Program-made: the position numbers and the translations under genes
NCBI RefSeq assembly: GCF_004365815.1
Contig: NZ_SODD01000027.1
Location: 1 to 32,000, forward strand
Origin: Breznakia blatticola
GTDB taxonomy: Bacteria > Bacillota_I > Bacilli_A > Erysipelotrichales > Erysipelotrichaceae
Length of the DNA stretch: 32,000 bases
Direction: 5' to 3'
The notes under the pieces: model-generated
Database searches by the model: none
The model's input: only the letters and a program-made list of their open reading frames with translations
Told to the model about the DNA's origin: nothing
Shown: positions 16,849 through 25,061 of the stretch, piece after piece
How positions within the stretch are numbered: position 1 is the stretch's first letter
How the letters are laid out: each line of letters begins with the position of its first letter

Positions 16849-18231
16849 TTATACTTTTAATTTCTTTTCGACACTTTCGCTCCAACCAAACATGTACGTT
16901 AAACCAAAAGCTAAGACTAATGAAGCAACTGCTCCTAATAATGCTCCATAGAATCCCATGTCAATTCCTGCTGGATTAATAAGTGCTGGAATACCTAAGA
17001 TTCCTGTACCAAATGTATATCCTTTTCCACCAAGTAGTGAAGCAATTAATCCTCCAAGTGCTCCTCCTGCTAAACCAAAGATAAATGGTTTTCTTGCTGG
17101 AACATTAATACCAAATAATGCTGGTTCTGTAATTCCAAATAATCCAGATACTGCTGAACCTACACAAACTTGTGTAACGGCTTTGTTTTTTGAACGCAAT
17201 CCGAATCCAAGTACTGCTCCAGTTTGTCCCATTGCAGAAGCAAAGAACACGATCGCAATTAATGGACAATATCCCATTGCTGCAAGATTTGCAATAAAGA
17301 TTGATGAGAATGCTTTACTTACTCCAAATAAAACAAGTAGTTGCCAAATTCCACCTACAAGTACTCCAGTGATTAATGGACTAAATGCATACAATGCTTG
17401 AATTGCATCAGTAATGAATGACATTACTGCAGTTAATACAGGCCCAATAATTAAGAATGCAAGTGGTGTTACTACACACAATACAATCATTGGCACAAAA
17501 ATCATCTTTAAAATATCTGGAACGATTTTTCTAGCAAACTTCTCAACGATTGCTGCCAAATATGTTGATAAAATAATTGGGAATACCGTTTTTGAATAAT
17601 TAACTAATGTTAATGGAAGAGCAAACAATGTTAACTGTTGTCCTTCATTTACCGCATTAATGATTTCAGGTGTGATCATTGCACATGCGATAATCATTGC
17701 ATAGAATGGTTTTCCACCGAATTTCTTAGCTGATGTATATGCTAAGAAGATCGGGAAGTAATAGAAGATTGCATTACTAATTGCATATAGCACTAGATAT
17801 GATCCACTCGTTGGATCTAACCATTTCAACATTACAAATAATGATAAGAACCCTTGTAGTGTACCACTTGCTGCTAACACACCAACGATAGGTACAAAGA
17901 TTGCCGAAGCAATATCCGTAATTTTATCAAGCAATGAAGCATTTTTATCTGTCTCTGAAGATACTTCTACTTCACCTCCAGCTTTTGCTGGATATATTTT
18001 AGCTGCTTCTTCATAGTAACTAGATACTGCATTACCAATCACTACTTGCAATTGTCCACCAGCATCGATGATTCCCATTACACCATCAGCTTTTGCAAGT
18101 TCTTCATCATTCACTTTCTTACGATCAACTAAAATAAATCGTAGTCGCGTAAAGCAATGACTAAATGATTGCACATTATCAATACCACCAACTAAATCGA
18201 TTATTGTTTTTACATTTTCTTTTACACTCAT
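16849..18231 (-). CDS. PTS EIIBC component, glucose superfamily, beta-glucoside/sucrose/trehalose branch
   Basis: N-terminal EIIB with phospho-cysteine motif SHCFTRLRF, followed by a multi-helix EIIC. No EIIA domain. Start set at ATG 18231 (MSVKENVKTII) with RBS AGAGGAGAG; the ORF-track start at 18282 is a GTG without an RBS. Confidence 0.9.
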   Translation of the reverse strand: MSVKENVKTIIDLVGGIDNVQSFSHCFTRLRFILVDRKKVNDEELAKADGVMGIIDAGGQLQVVIGNAVSSYYEEAAKIYPAKAGGEVEVSSETDKNASLLDKITDIASAIFVPIVGVLAASGTLQGFLSLFVMLKWLDPTSGSYLVLYAISNAIFYYFPIFLAYTSAKKFGGKPFYAMIIACAMITPEIINAVNEGQQLTLFALPLTLVNYSKTVFPIILSTYLAAIVEKFARKIVPDILKMIFVPMIVLCVVTPLAFLIIGPVLTAVMSFITDAIQALYAFSPLITGVLVGGIWQLLVLFGVSKAFSSIFIANLAAMGYCPLIAIVFFASAMGQTGAVLGFGLRSKNKAVTQVCVGSAVSGLFGITEPALFGINVPARKPFIFGLAGGALGGLIASLLGGKGYTFGTGILGIPALINPAGIDMGFYGALLGAVASLVLAFGLTYMFGWSESVEKKLKV

Positions 18232-18316
18232 ATTATCTCTCCTCTTTGTGAAATCAAGTTTGTCTAATTTGTTTTCTAACACACTGATACTTATGTTGAA
18301 TCAAGACCTCCTTTTG

Positions 18317-18330
18317 TGTAAGCGCATACA
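18317..18330. promoter_or_regulatory. cre-like CcpA operator candidate in the EIIBC leader
   Basis: TGTAAGCGCATACA compared with the recalled cre consensus TGWAANCGNTNWCA: one mismatch in either orientation. It lies about 85 nt upstream of the EIIBC start. Confidence 0.4.
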
Positions 18331-18543
18331 TATCATAACGCAAGAATAGAGTCTTATCTTTCGCTTTTTTTACATGTAATCTACGAAAAAAGAACTTTTG
18401 ATTTTACAAACATAAGAAAATGTAAAAATATATCACACGTTTTTTTACTTAAGTTTAACTGGTATTGAGTTTTCTGGCTAAAAGACTACTAAATTATGAT
18501 GTTTAACCGTAAAACTATTTCTTACGGATGATCTCTTATCTTT

Positions 18544-18572
18544 ACTATACCGATTATTTTATCTCCTCACAA
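18544..18572 (-). promoter_or_regulatory. Candidate sigma-A promoter for the EIIBC gene
   Basis: On the minus strand: TTGTGA-17 nt-TATAGT, immediately downstream of the preceding operon's terminator. If used, the leader is about 300 nt. Confidence 0.3.
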
Positions 18573-18589
18573 TATAATCCTTAATATAA

Positions 18590-18620
18590 AAAATCTACAC
18601 CATCTCTTGGCATAGATTTT
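18590..18620 (-). terminator. Hairpin terminator after the membrane-anchored HAD gene
   Basis: AAAATCTA (18590-18597) pairs with TAGATTTT (18613-18620), with an inner CCA/TGG pairing. A T-run follows on the minus strand. It starts 4 nt after the stop at 18624. Confidence 0.45.
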
Positions 18621-18623
18621 CTT

Positions 18624-19625
18624 TTATATACATTGAATGACAATCAATACAATCCACAACAAACCTAGTGTAATATTTTGAATTACCTTGTTTTTATATA
18701 GTGGATCTTTGTATCGATCACGATACCGATTATAACTTTGTTTAAAAAAGAATAGAGAAATATAAAAATAGCTTACATAAAGTGGAAAACAGTATAATGA
18801 AATACCTAGTCCAATAAGATATAACAAGATCTTCCAATGCATATTCAAAATAGGTTTTTGTCGTTTATCCAAATGTTCATTAATAATGTCTGAGACATCA
18901 TCAACTATTGCACTAGCTATTGACTTCACTTCTTCGTTTCCAATATTCATCGCATATCCGTGAAAGATTTCAATCATTTGTTTATCGTTTCCGCCATCTC
19001 CAACAACAAGAACTTTATCACTCTTAGGTAAATGATGATCCAACAACCATTGTAATGATGTTGCCTTGTTATCGTGTAATCCATTTACATCGATTGTTTC
19101 AATATTTGGATGAAAAGATACTTCACTACCATACGCCTCTCGTAATAATTTCGTGGCTGTTTTCACTTTATCATATGTATCAAAGCGCATATCTATTCCA
19201 TAATAATCATATTTTTCAATTTCATCGAGTTCAATTTCTTTCGTGTAATAATTATAAGTGCTTGCAGCTTCATTATCACTTTCAACTACCATACGCTCAA
19301 ATCCAGCAGATAAAATATAATATACACTACTTCGCACGATTGGATCACATATGATTTTCTTTGCCAAACTTCCTGGAAACTTTGCTTCATAGATAGGCTT
19401 ATACGCACTGTTATACACAACTGAACCATTATTACATACTGCAAAATGAAATGGGATTTTGTATTTGTCTATATCTTTTTTCAACGTCAAAATATCTCGT
19501 CCAGTCACAAAGATGAAGATATTTCCTGCATCTATCCAATTTGTAATTGCATCTACTGTTTTTTTCTTTATTTCACCTTTCGAATTTGTTAGTGTTCCAT
19601 CCACATCACTTGCTAATACTTTCAT
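18624..19625 (-). CDS. Cof-type HAD-IIB phosphatase with a C-terminal membrane anchor (2-3 predicted TM helices)
   Basis: 333 aa with HAD motif I (ASDVDGTLT) and motif IV (VGDGGNDKQM). About aa 264-333 (18627-18836) are strongly hydrophobic: WKILLYLIGLGISLYCFPLYVSYFYISLFFF and ITLGLLWIVLIVIQCI. RBS AAAGGAGG. Confidence 0.8.
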   Translation of the reverse strand: MKVLASDVDGTLTNSKGEIKKKTVDAITNWIDAGNIFIFVTGRDILTLKKDIDKYKIPFHFAVCNNGSVVYNSAYKPIYEAKFPGSLAKKIICDPIVRSSVYYILSAGFERMVVESDNEAASTYNYYTKEIELDEIEKYDYYGIDMRFDTYDKVKTATKLLREAYGSEVSFHPNIETIDVNGLHDNKATSLQWLLDHHLPKSDKVLVVGDGGNDKQMIEIFHGYAMNIGNEEVKSIASAIVDDVSDIINEHLDKRQKPILNMHWKILLYLIGLGISLYCFPLYVSYFYISLFFFKQSYNRYRDRYKDPLYKNKVIQNITLGLLWIVLIVIQCI

Positions 19626-19638
19626 AATCCTCCTTTAG

Positions 19639-19665
19639 AAAAAAGGTAGGTTGACCTACCCTTTT
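19639..19665 (-). terminator. Intra-operon hairpin terminator/attenuator between dhaL and the HAD gene
   Basis: On the minus strand: GGTAGG-tcaa-CCTACC with an A/U extension, followed by TTTTTT. The 5' arm overlaps the dhaL stop codon. The HAD gene's RBS follows immediately. Confidence 0.55.
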
Positions 19666-20273
19666 ACACTGATTTCAAATGCTTCAAATAATAATACAGC
19701 TACATATGCTCCTGGATCTAGTAAATCTCTAGAAGCTTCTCCTCTTGTTGCTGCACGTCCATGTTTGGCAATCATTGTCGCAGTTTGTTCATATCCTTGT
19801 CTAGCTGCTTTACTTGCTTTACTTGCTAATTGCGCTAATGGAAGTTCTATGTTTTCTTTTAATACTTGAACTGCTGGATCAATTCCATCAATAAATGTTT
19901 TTTCACCAACGTTTGCCTTACCTCGATTGATAACACCTGCTTCAAAACTGTCAAAGAACTGCACCCAGTTTTCATTTGTAAGTTCATTTTGATTTCGTAA
20001 ATCTTTTCCTGCTTGCATCAAACCAGAAGCCATAAGCGTTCCCATCGTTGATGGCACTGCACTTGCCATGGCTTTTCCACCAGCATATACAAGTTTTCCT
20101 AGATCTTGTTCATCAGTATCTTTGACTGCAAGATATGCAGCACGAAATCCATCTGACATAGTAAGTCCTAAATCTCCATCACCAACAATTTGATCCATTT
20201 CGATAAGTGTATCTTTATTTTCTTGCATGATGTTAGCAACAACTTCAAGATATCGTTTCATGTCTTGTAACAT
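19656..20273 (-). CDS. dhaL: Dihydroxyacetone kinase L (nucleotide-binding) subunit, copy 1
   Basis: 205 aa with the DhaL signature VGDGDLGLTMSDGF (Mg-binding Asp cluster), in an all-helical Dak2-sized protein. Confidence 0.85.
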   Translation of the reverse strand: MLQDMKRYLEVVANIMQENKDTLIEMDQIVGDGDLGLTMSDGFRAAYLAVKDTDEQDLGKLVYAGGKAMASAVPSTMGTLMASGLMQAGKDLRNQNELTNENWVQFFDSFEAGVINRGKANVGEKTFIDGIDPAVQVLKENIELPLAQLASKASKAARQGYEQTATMIAKHGRAATRGEASRDLLDPGAYVAVLLFEAFEISVKG

Positions 20274-20281
20274 ATTGCCTC

Positions 20282-21292
20282 CTACATTTGTTTGAAGAAT
20301 GGCGTGTTGACTGGATAGTCAATCAATGGTTTAAGTTCTTCATCAACTTTGAGTAGTGAAATCGAAACACCTGACATTTCAAGTGCTGTTGCATATTCAC
20401 CTACATAATAACGATACGCTTTAATGCCTTTTTCTTTTAAAATCGCATCAATTTTTCTTGTAACGATGTATTGTTCATCTAGTGGAGTTGCACCTAATCC
20501 ATTAACAAGAACAGCAACTTCATCACCTTCAACATATGGTAAATCCGCAAGAATTTGTTGCATCATTTCTTCTGTGATTTGATCTGCACTTTCTAACTGA
20601 CCACGGCGAATTCCTGTTTCACCATGTATTCCCATACCGATTTCCATTTCATTTTCTTCAATGGAGAATCCCGCTTTTCCAACTCTTGGAACTACACATG
20701 CACTTAAGGCAACACCCATCGTGCGTACATTATCTGCTGCTTTTTGGGCAATTCGGGTAACGGTTTCTAAATCGTACATTTTTGCTGCCGCTGCTCCTGC
20801 ACATTTATAGACAAAGAAAATTCCAGCCACACCTCTACGTGTGCTTTTTTCTCCTGGTGCACTTGGTCCAGCACTAGCTACATCATCGGCTCCAAGCACA
20901 GTTGTCACTTGAATATTTTCTTCAAAGTCGGCCATTTCTGTAGCCATATCAAAGTTAAAGATATCCCCATTATAGTTTCCATAAATGTAAAGAACTCCTG
21001 CACCTTGATCAATGTCTTTGGTAATTTCAAACATCTGTTCTGCTGAAGGAGATTGAAATACATCACCTACTGCACAACCATCAAGCATCCCATCACCAAC
21101 ATAACCTAGAAATAATGGTAAGTGTCCAGATCCACCACCAGTAGAAATCCCTACTTTTCCTGGTGTTTTATTTTTTGTGACATAACACTGAAGATCATCA
21201 TTTACACAAGTTACTTGATCTTGATGTGCAATATAAATCCCTTCTAACATTTCTTTTAGATAGTTTTCTGGATTGTTTATAATCTTTTTCAT
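20282..21292 (-). CDS. dhaK: Dihydroxyacetone kinase K (substrate-binding) subunit, copy 1 (divergent GSGHLP motif)
   Basis: 336 aa, colinear with recalled E. coli DhaK: GGGSGHLP (canonical is GGGSGHEP), NYNGDIFNF, RRGVAG, EMEIGMGIHGETG, NGLGATP. Confidence 0.85.
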   Translation of the reverse strand: MKKIINNPENYLKEMLEGIYIAHQDQVTCVNDDLQCYVTKNKTPGKVGISTGGGSGHLPLFLGYVGDGMLDGCAVGDVFQSPSAEQMFEITKDIDQGAGVLYIYGNYNGDIFNFDMATEMADFEENIQVTTVLGADDVASAGPSAPGEKSTRRGVAGIFFVYKCAGAAAAKMYDLETVTRIAQKAADNVRTMGVALSACVVPRVGKAGFSIEENEMEIGMGIHGETGIRRGQLESADQITEEMMQQILADLPYVEGDEVAVLVNGLGATPLDEQYIVTRKIDAILKEKGIKAYRYYVGEYATALEMSGVSISLLKVDEELKPLIDYPVNTPFFKQM

Positions 21293-21299
21293 ATAGAAC

Positions 21300-21962
21300 C
21301 TACTTTAGTGTAATTTCTTTTGGATACGCCCAACTTTGTAATTCTTCTGCTGGGAAGAATTCAGGTTCTTTACCATTTAATGCAGTTAATGTATTGTAGT
21401 AAAGTTGTGCAAGTTCTTCAATATACGCTGCTTTTAAATACGCTTCATAAATATCATTTGCATCACATGCAACTGCTCCATGACCTTTCATTAAGAAACA
21501 ATCCGCTTCTTTTACTGGCTCGACGGCTGTTTCTGCTAGTTCTGGAGTTCCAGGACGACCATATGCAGCAACTGGTACACGACCTTTTGATAACCCCATA
21601 GTTGCAACTTCATAAACAATTGCTGGTAATGGTTTATTTAATACTGCAAACGTTGTTGCATACATAGAGTGTGTATGCGCAATTGCTACTACATCTTCTC
21701 TTGTTTCATATATTTTTAAATGCATAAGTGATTCACTTGTTGGACGTAATCCAGATAAGTTTTCAATTACCACTGCATTCATATCCATTACAATCATATC
21801 TCTAGGTGTCAACAATTCACGGTCAACACTTGTCGGTGTAATTACAACATAACCAGTTTCTTTATCACGAGCGGAAAAGTTTCCTGATTTATGTTTACAT
21901 AAGCCATCTTTTTGTGCGCGTTTTGCGATTTCACACACATCTTTCTTTAAAGCTTCTAACAT
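21300..21962 (-). CDS. Class II aldolase/adducin-family protein, FucA-like (ketose-1-phosphate aldolase type)
   Basis: 220 aa, colinear with recalled E. coli FucA. PTSESLMH carries Glu77 (FucA Glu73; the epimerase AraD has Asp here). Zinc histidines AHTHS and KGHGAV are present, and AIVYEV carries a Tyr matching FucA Tyr113. Confidence 0.75.
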   Translation of the reverse strand: MLEALKKDVCEIAKRAQKDGLCKHKSGNFSARDKETGYVVITPTSVDRELLTPRDMIVMDMNAVVIENLSGLRPTSESLMHLKIYETREDVVAIAHTHSMYATTFAVLNKPLPAIVYEVATMGLSKGRVPVAAYGRPGTPELAETAVEPVKEADCFLMKGHGAVACDANDIYEAYLKAAYIEELAQLYYNTLTALNGKEPEFFPAEELQSWAYPKEITLK

Positions 21963-21970
21963 AGTTCCTC

Positions 21971-24034
21971 CTATTTTATTAATATGTTAAGCATTTGGTC
22001 AACATCACTTGCTCGACGCAATGCTTTCATTTTCGTTTCATTCTCTGTTATTTCAATAAACTGAAATAATGGGTTTAAGTGTTTGGTACGATCTGGTGTT
22101 GCTAGTACTACAATCATATCCGCTTCTAAATAATCAAAGATCGGAATACGTTTTGGTAATCGTAAAAGTCCCATTGCAACTTCATTTACCCCATCATCAA
22201 TTCCTGCATGTGCCACGATGACACCATCAGCAATCGCAATATATGGTTTATCTTGTTCTATCGAATCAATCATTTTCTTTACATAACGAGATTCAATATC
22301 TCCTTGATCGAGTAAGGGTTTAGCTGCCTTTTCAATGGCTTGTTGCCATGAAAGTTCCTCATGTTCTACTTGAACGGTTTTCGTTGTTAGAATATCTGCA
22401 AGCGACAACTCTATTCCTTCTTGATGTACAACTTTTTGTGTAGGTAAAGAAGGATCTTGAAATAAGTACTGTTGTAAGTCTTTCATCATCTGTTCATTAT
22501 CATCGACTTGAGCATGTTTTCTAACAATATCCATAATCTCAGATAAGTTGATGCGATGTGGTTTAATTCCACTTAAGCTTCCCATCACCTTTTCTCTAAA
22601 ACGTTGTTTTGCATAATCATTTAGAAATGGCTTTACTAAATATTGTGGTTTTTCACTATCCAAACGTACCGTTGTAAAAATCAAATCGTATGGTTTGTCA
22701 TATTCTTCAAATGCACGAATCGATAAACAATCCTTGAATTCGATCTCTGGTAATAATTCAGATAGTGTGACATATAAATAGTTGGATACTGTCACACCGT
22801 TTGAACAAATTACAATCGCTTTTTTCTTTTCCTCAATGATCTCAAGATTTCCTTCTTTTTTTAGCCACGCTCCAAAAAGCACAGTTAAATACACAAGTTC
22901 ATCATCAACGATTTCACTTCCTACAAATGCTGCAAACGGTTGACTTGCTCGTCGTACCATTTCATGCAGTTGGGCATGTTGTGGTAAGACCATATCAATT
23001 GCACTATTTTCGATATGAAATTGATACTTCATTCGATAATATGCAGGCTTACAGTGTTGCACTAATGCTTCTAGTAGTGCGGATTTTCCTTGAATTTGGA
23101 CCAAGGAAATCTCTTCAAAGCGTTCAATCATATCAAATGCTGCATCAGTAATTTGCTTTTCAACTTCCACATCATCCGTACGCATTGAACTCACATTTGA
23201 ACTTTGAATTTGTGCTGCAATAAACATCCGTTCTAACTGATTTTCTACGGCATATTTTTGCACAAGAATATTGGTTGCTGTATATTCACTAGTTCCAACA
23301 ATATGTTGAAATGATTCAGCAATTGCATCCAATAATTTACCTTGTTTGATGCGACGTAAAATCAAGTATAGAATAAATGGTAATTCTTCCAAGCGCTCAT
23401 CTGTGAATTTGATATTTAGCTTATCCTCGATCAACATAATCGATTCATACACAGATGCAAATTCTGCTTCTTCAATATTACAGATTTTCTTTATGACACA
23501 AGCTCCATTTGGCATTAGTAATACTTTGCGAATCGCCGTGATTAAACTTTCACGTTTCGCAAACTCGCTTCCTGTCATTCGATATCCATCTTTTCTTGAA
23601 TAATGCACATCTACTTTGTAATTTCGACATAAGGTTTGTTGCAGCTTTTTTAGATCCAGTAAGAATGTATTCTTACTAATATTGAGTTCGTATGTAAAAT
23701 CAGCAGTGGATAATTCTTCTTGGCGGCATAGTAAAAGAAGCACAATTAAATACTGTCTTTCTTTATCTGAATATGTATAATCAGCTTCTTCTAGGTTGAA
23801 GTTTTCGGTCTTATATTCATCAATAACTGGTGCTGGAATTTGAAACTTTCCTGTTTTTAAACGTTCAATACATTCAAATCCATTATCCATAAGATAATCA
23901 TTTACTTTCTCAAGCGAATAACTCAGTTGCTTTCTTGATAAATCAAGCATGTCTTGTAATTGCTTTCCAGTAATTGTTGGATTATCTACGATTTGTAATA
24001 AGACATTACGACTTCTTTCATCCAAATATGCCAT
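21971..24034 (-). CDS. PRD-domain PTS-controlled transcriptional regulator (MtlR/LicR/ManR-like activator)
   Basis: 687 aa with N-terminal winged-helix/HTH regions and central PRD-sized helical repeats. An EIIB(Gat)-like segment carries a Cys (AIVICSNGVTVSNYL). The C-terminus is an EIIA(Mtl/Fru)-like domain (VIVAHAGIDDG...VVLATPD). No sigma-54 AAA+ module. Confidence 0.8.
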   Translation of the reverse strand: MAYLDERSRNVLLQIVDNPTITGKQLQDMLDLSRKQLSYSLEKVNDYLMDNGFECIERLKTGKFQIPAPVIDEYKTENFNLEEADYTYSDKERQYLIVLLLLCRQEELSTADFTYELNISKNTFLLDLKKLQQTLCRNYKVDVHYSRKDGYRMTGSEFAKRESLITAIRKVLLMPNGACVIKKICNIEEAEFASVYESIMLIEDKLNIKFTDERLEELPFILYLILRRIKQGKLLDAIAESFQHIVGTSEYTATNILVQKYAVENQLERMFIAAQIQSSNVSSMRTDDVEVEKQITDAAFDMIERFEEISLVQIQGKSALLEALVQHCKPAYYRMKYQFHIENSAIDMVLPQHAQLHEMVRRASQPFAAFVGSEIVDDELVYLTVLFGAWLKKEGNLEIIEEKKKAIVICSNGVTVSNYLYVTLSELLPEIEFKDCLSIRAFEEYDKPYDLIFTTVRLDSEKPQYLVKPFLNDYAKQRFREKVMGSLSGIKPHRINLSEIMDIVRKHAQVDDNEQMMKDLQQYLFQDPSLPTQKVVHQEGIELSLADILTTKTVQVEHEELSWQQAIEKAAKPLLDQGDIESRYVKKMIDSIEQDKPYIAIADGVIVAHAGIDDGVNEVAMGLLRLPKRIPIFDYLEADMIVVLATPDRTKHLNPLFQFIEITENETKMKALRRASDVDQMLNILIK

Positions 24035-24053
24035 CCTTACCCCCTGTTTCTAT

Positions 24054-25061
24054 TTATACGCGTAAACCCATACTATCTGCTTCAACTTCAAGTAATTCAT
24101 GGAGTTCATCATCCATACGCATGATGGTTAATGCAGCTCCATTCATATCTAGTGAGGTTACATAATTACCAACCAACACTTTATCAATATTGATATTTCT
24201 TGCTTGAAGTTCACTTTCAATATCATTATACAATACGTAAAGTTCCATAATTGGTGTTGCTCCTAAACCAGAGACAATCACAGAAAGTGTTTCATCTGCT
24301 TTCACTTCCAAATCATCAACTACAGCTTTTACCATATCTTTTGCAATATCTTTTGCACTTTTTAAATCTTCCACATGCATGCCTGGTTCTCCATGGTGTC
24401 CAATTCCAAATTCCATTTTTCCTTCATCAATATGGAAGTTTGGTTTTCCTACTGCAGGAATGGTACATGAAGATAATCCCACACAAATACTGCGTGTTTG
24501 ATTCACTGTTTTTTGTGCGACGCGAATGACTTCATCAAGAGTAGCTCCTTGACTTGCCTTTGCCCCTGCAACTTTCCACATGAATACACCACCAGCTATA
24601 CCGTGACGTTTTTCTTTTGTCTCTTTTGGTGAAGATGATACATCGTCTGTTGCAACAACGTATTTTACTTCTACTCCTTCATCTAGACACATGTCGACTG
24701 CCATTTTTACATTCATGTTATCTCCAGCGTAGTTACCAAATAAACAAGCAACCCCATTTCCACTATCAACACTCATAAATGCATCATAGAACGCTTGTGC
24801 TGGTGGAGAAGAAAATACTTCTCCAACCGCTACTGCATCAAGCATTTGGTGTCCTACATAGCCAAGAAATGCTGGCTCATGTCCACTTCCACCACCACTA
24901 ACAAGTCCGACCTTGCTAGCAATTGGTGCTGCTTTTAACTTCATAACATGATCATTTTCACTTAATATTTCTAACTCTGGACGAGCTTTTTCAATACCTT
25001 TCATCATATCTTCAACGATGAAATCGGCATGATTCACAAATCTTTGCATACTATAACCCAC
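24054..25061 (-). CDS. dhaK: Dihydroxyacetone kinase K subunit, copy 2 (canonical motifs)
   Basis: 335 aa with GGGSGHEPAFLGYVG, NYAGDNMNV, RHGIAG, KMEFGIGHHGEPG and SGLGATP. Confidence 0.88.
   Translation of the reverse strand: MGYSMQRFVNHADFIVEDMMKGIEKARPELEILSENDHVMKLKAAPIASKVGLVSGGGSGHEPAFLGYVGHQMLDAVAVGEVFSSPPAQAFYDAFMSVDSGNGVACLFGNYAGDNMNVKMAVDMCLDEGVEVKYVVATDDVSSSPKETKEKRHGIAGGVFMWKVAGAKASQGATLDEVIRVAQKTVNQTRSICVGLSSCTIPAVGKPNFHIDEGKMEFGIGHHGEPGMHVEDLKSAKDIAKDMVKAVVDDLEVKADETLSVIVSGLGATPIMELYVLYNDIESELQARNINIDKVLVGNYVTSLDMNGAALTIMRMDDELHELLEVEADSMGLRV

Noticed and set aside
18232-18282. N-terminal extension of the PTS EIIBC ORF (GTG start at 18282, MLENKLDKLDFTKRRDN).
   Set aside because: No RBS precedes the GTG. 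A strong AGAGGAGAG lies inside the extension at ideal spacing to ATG 18231, and the EIIB domain begins right after that ATG.
18232-18588. A BglG/LicT-type RAT antiterminator element in the EIIBC leader.
   Set aside because: There is no match to the recalled RAT consensus (GGATTGTTACTG...CAGGCAAAACC), no overlapping intrinsic terminator, and no BglG-family antiterminator gene nearby.
21300-21962. Annotating the class II aldolase-family gene as L-ribulose-5-phosphate 4-epimerase (AraD/UlaF-like).
   Set aside because: The metal/acid-base position reads PTSE (Glu, as in FucA) rather than the PSSD (Asp) I recall for AraD. A FucA-like Tyr is also present. Still, only an assay or phylogeny can settle the question.
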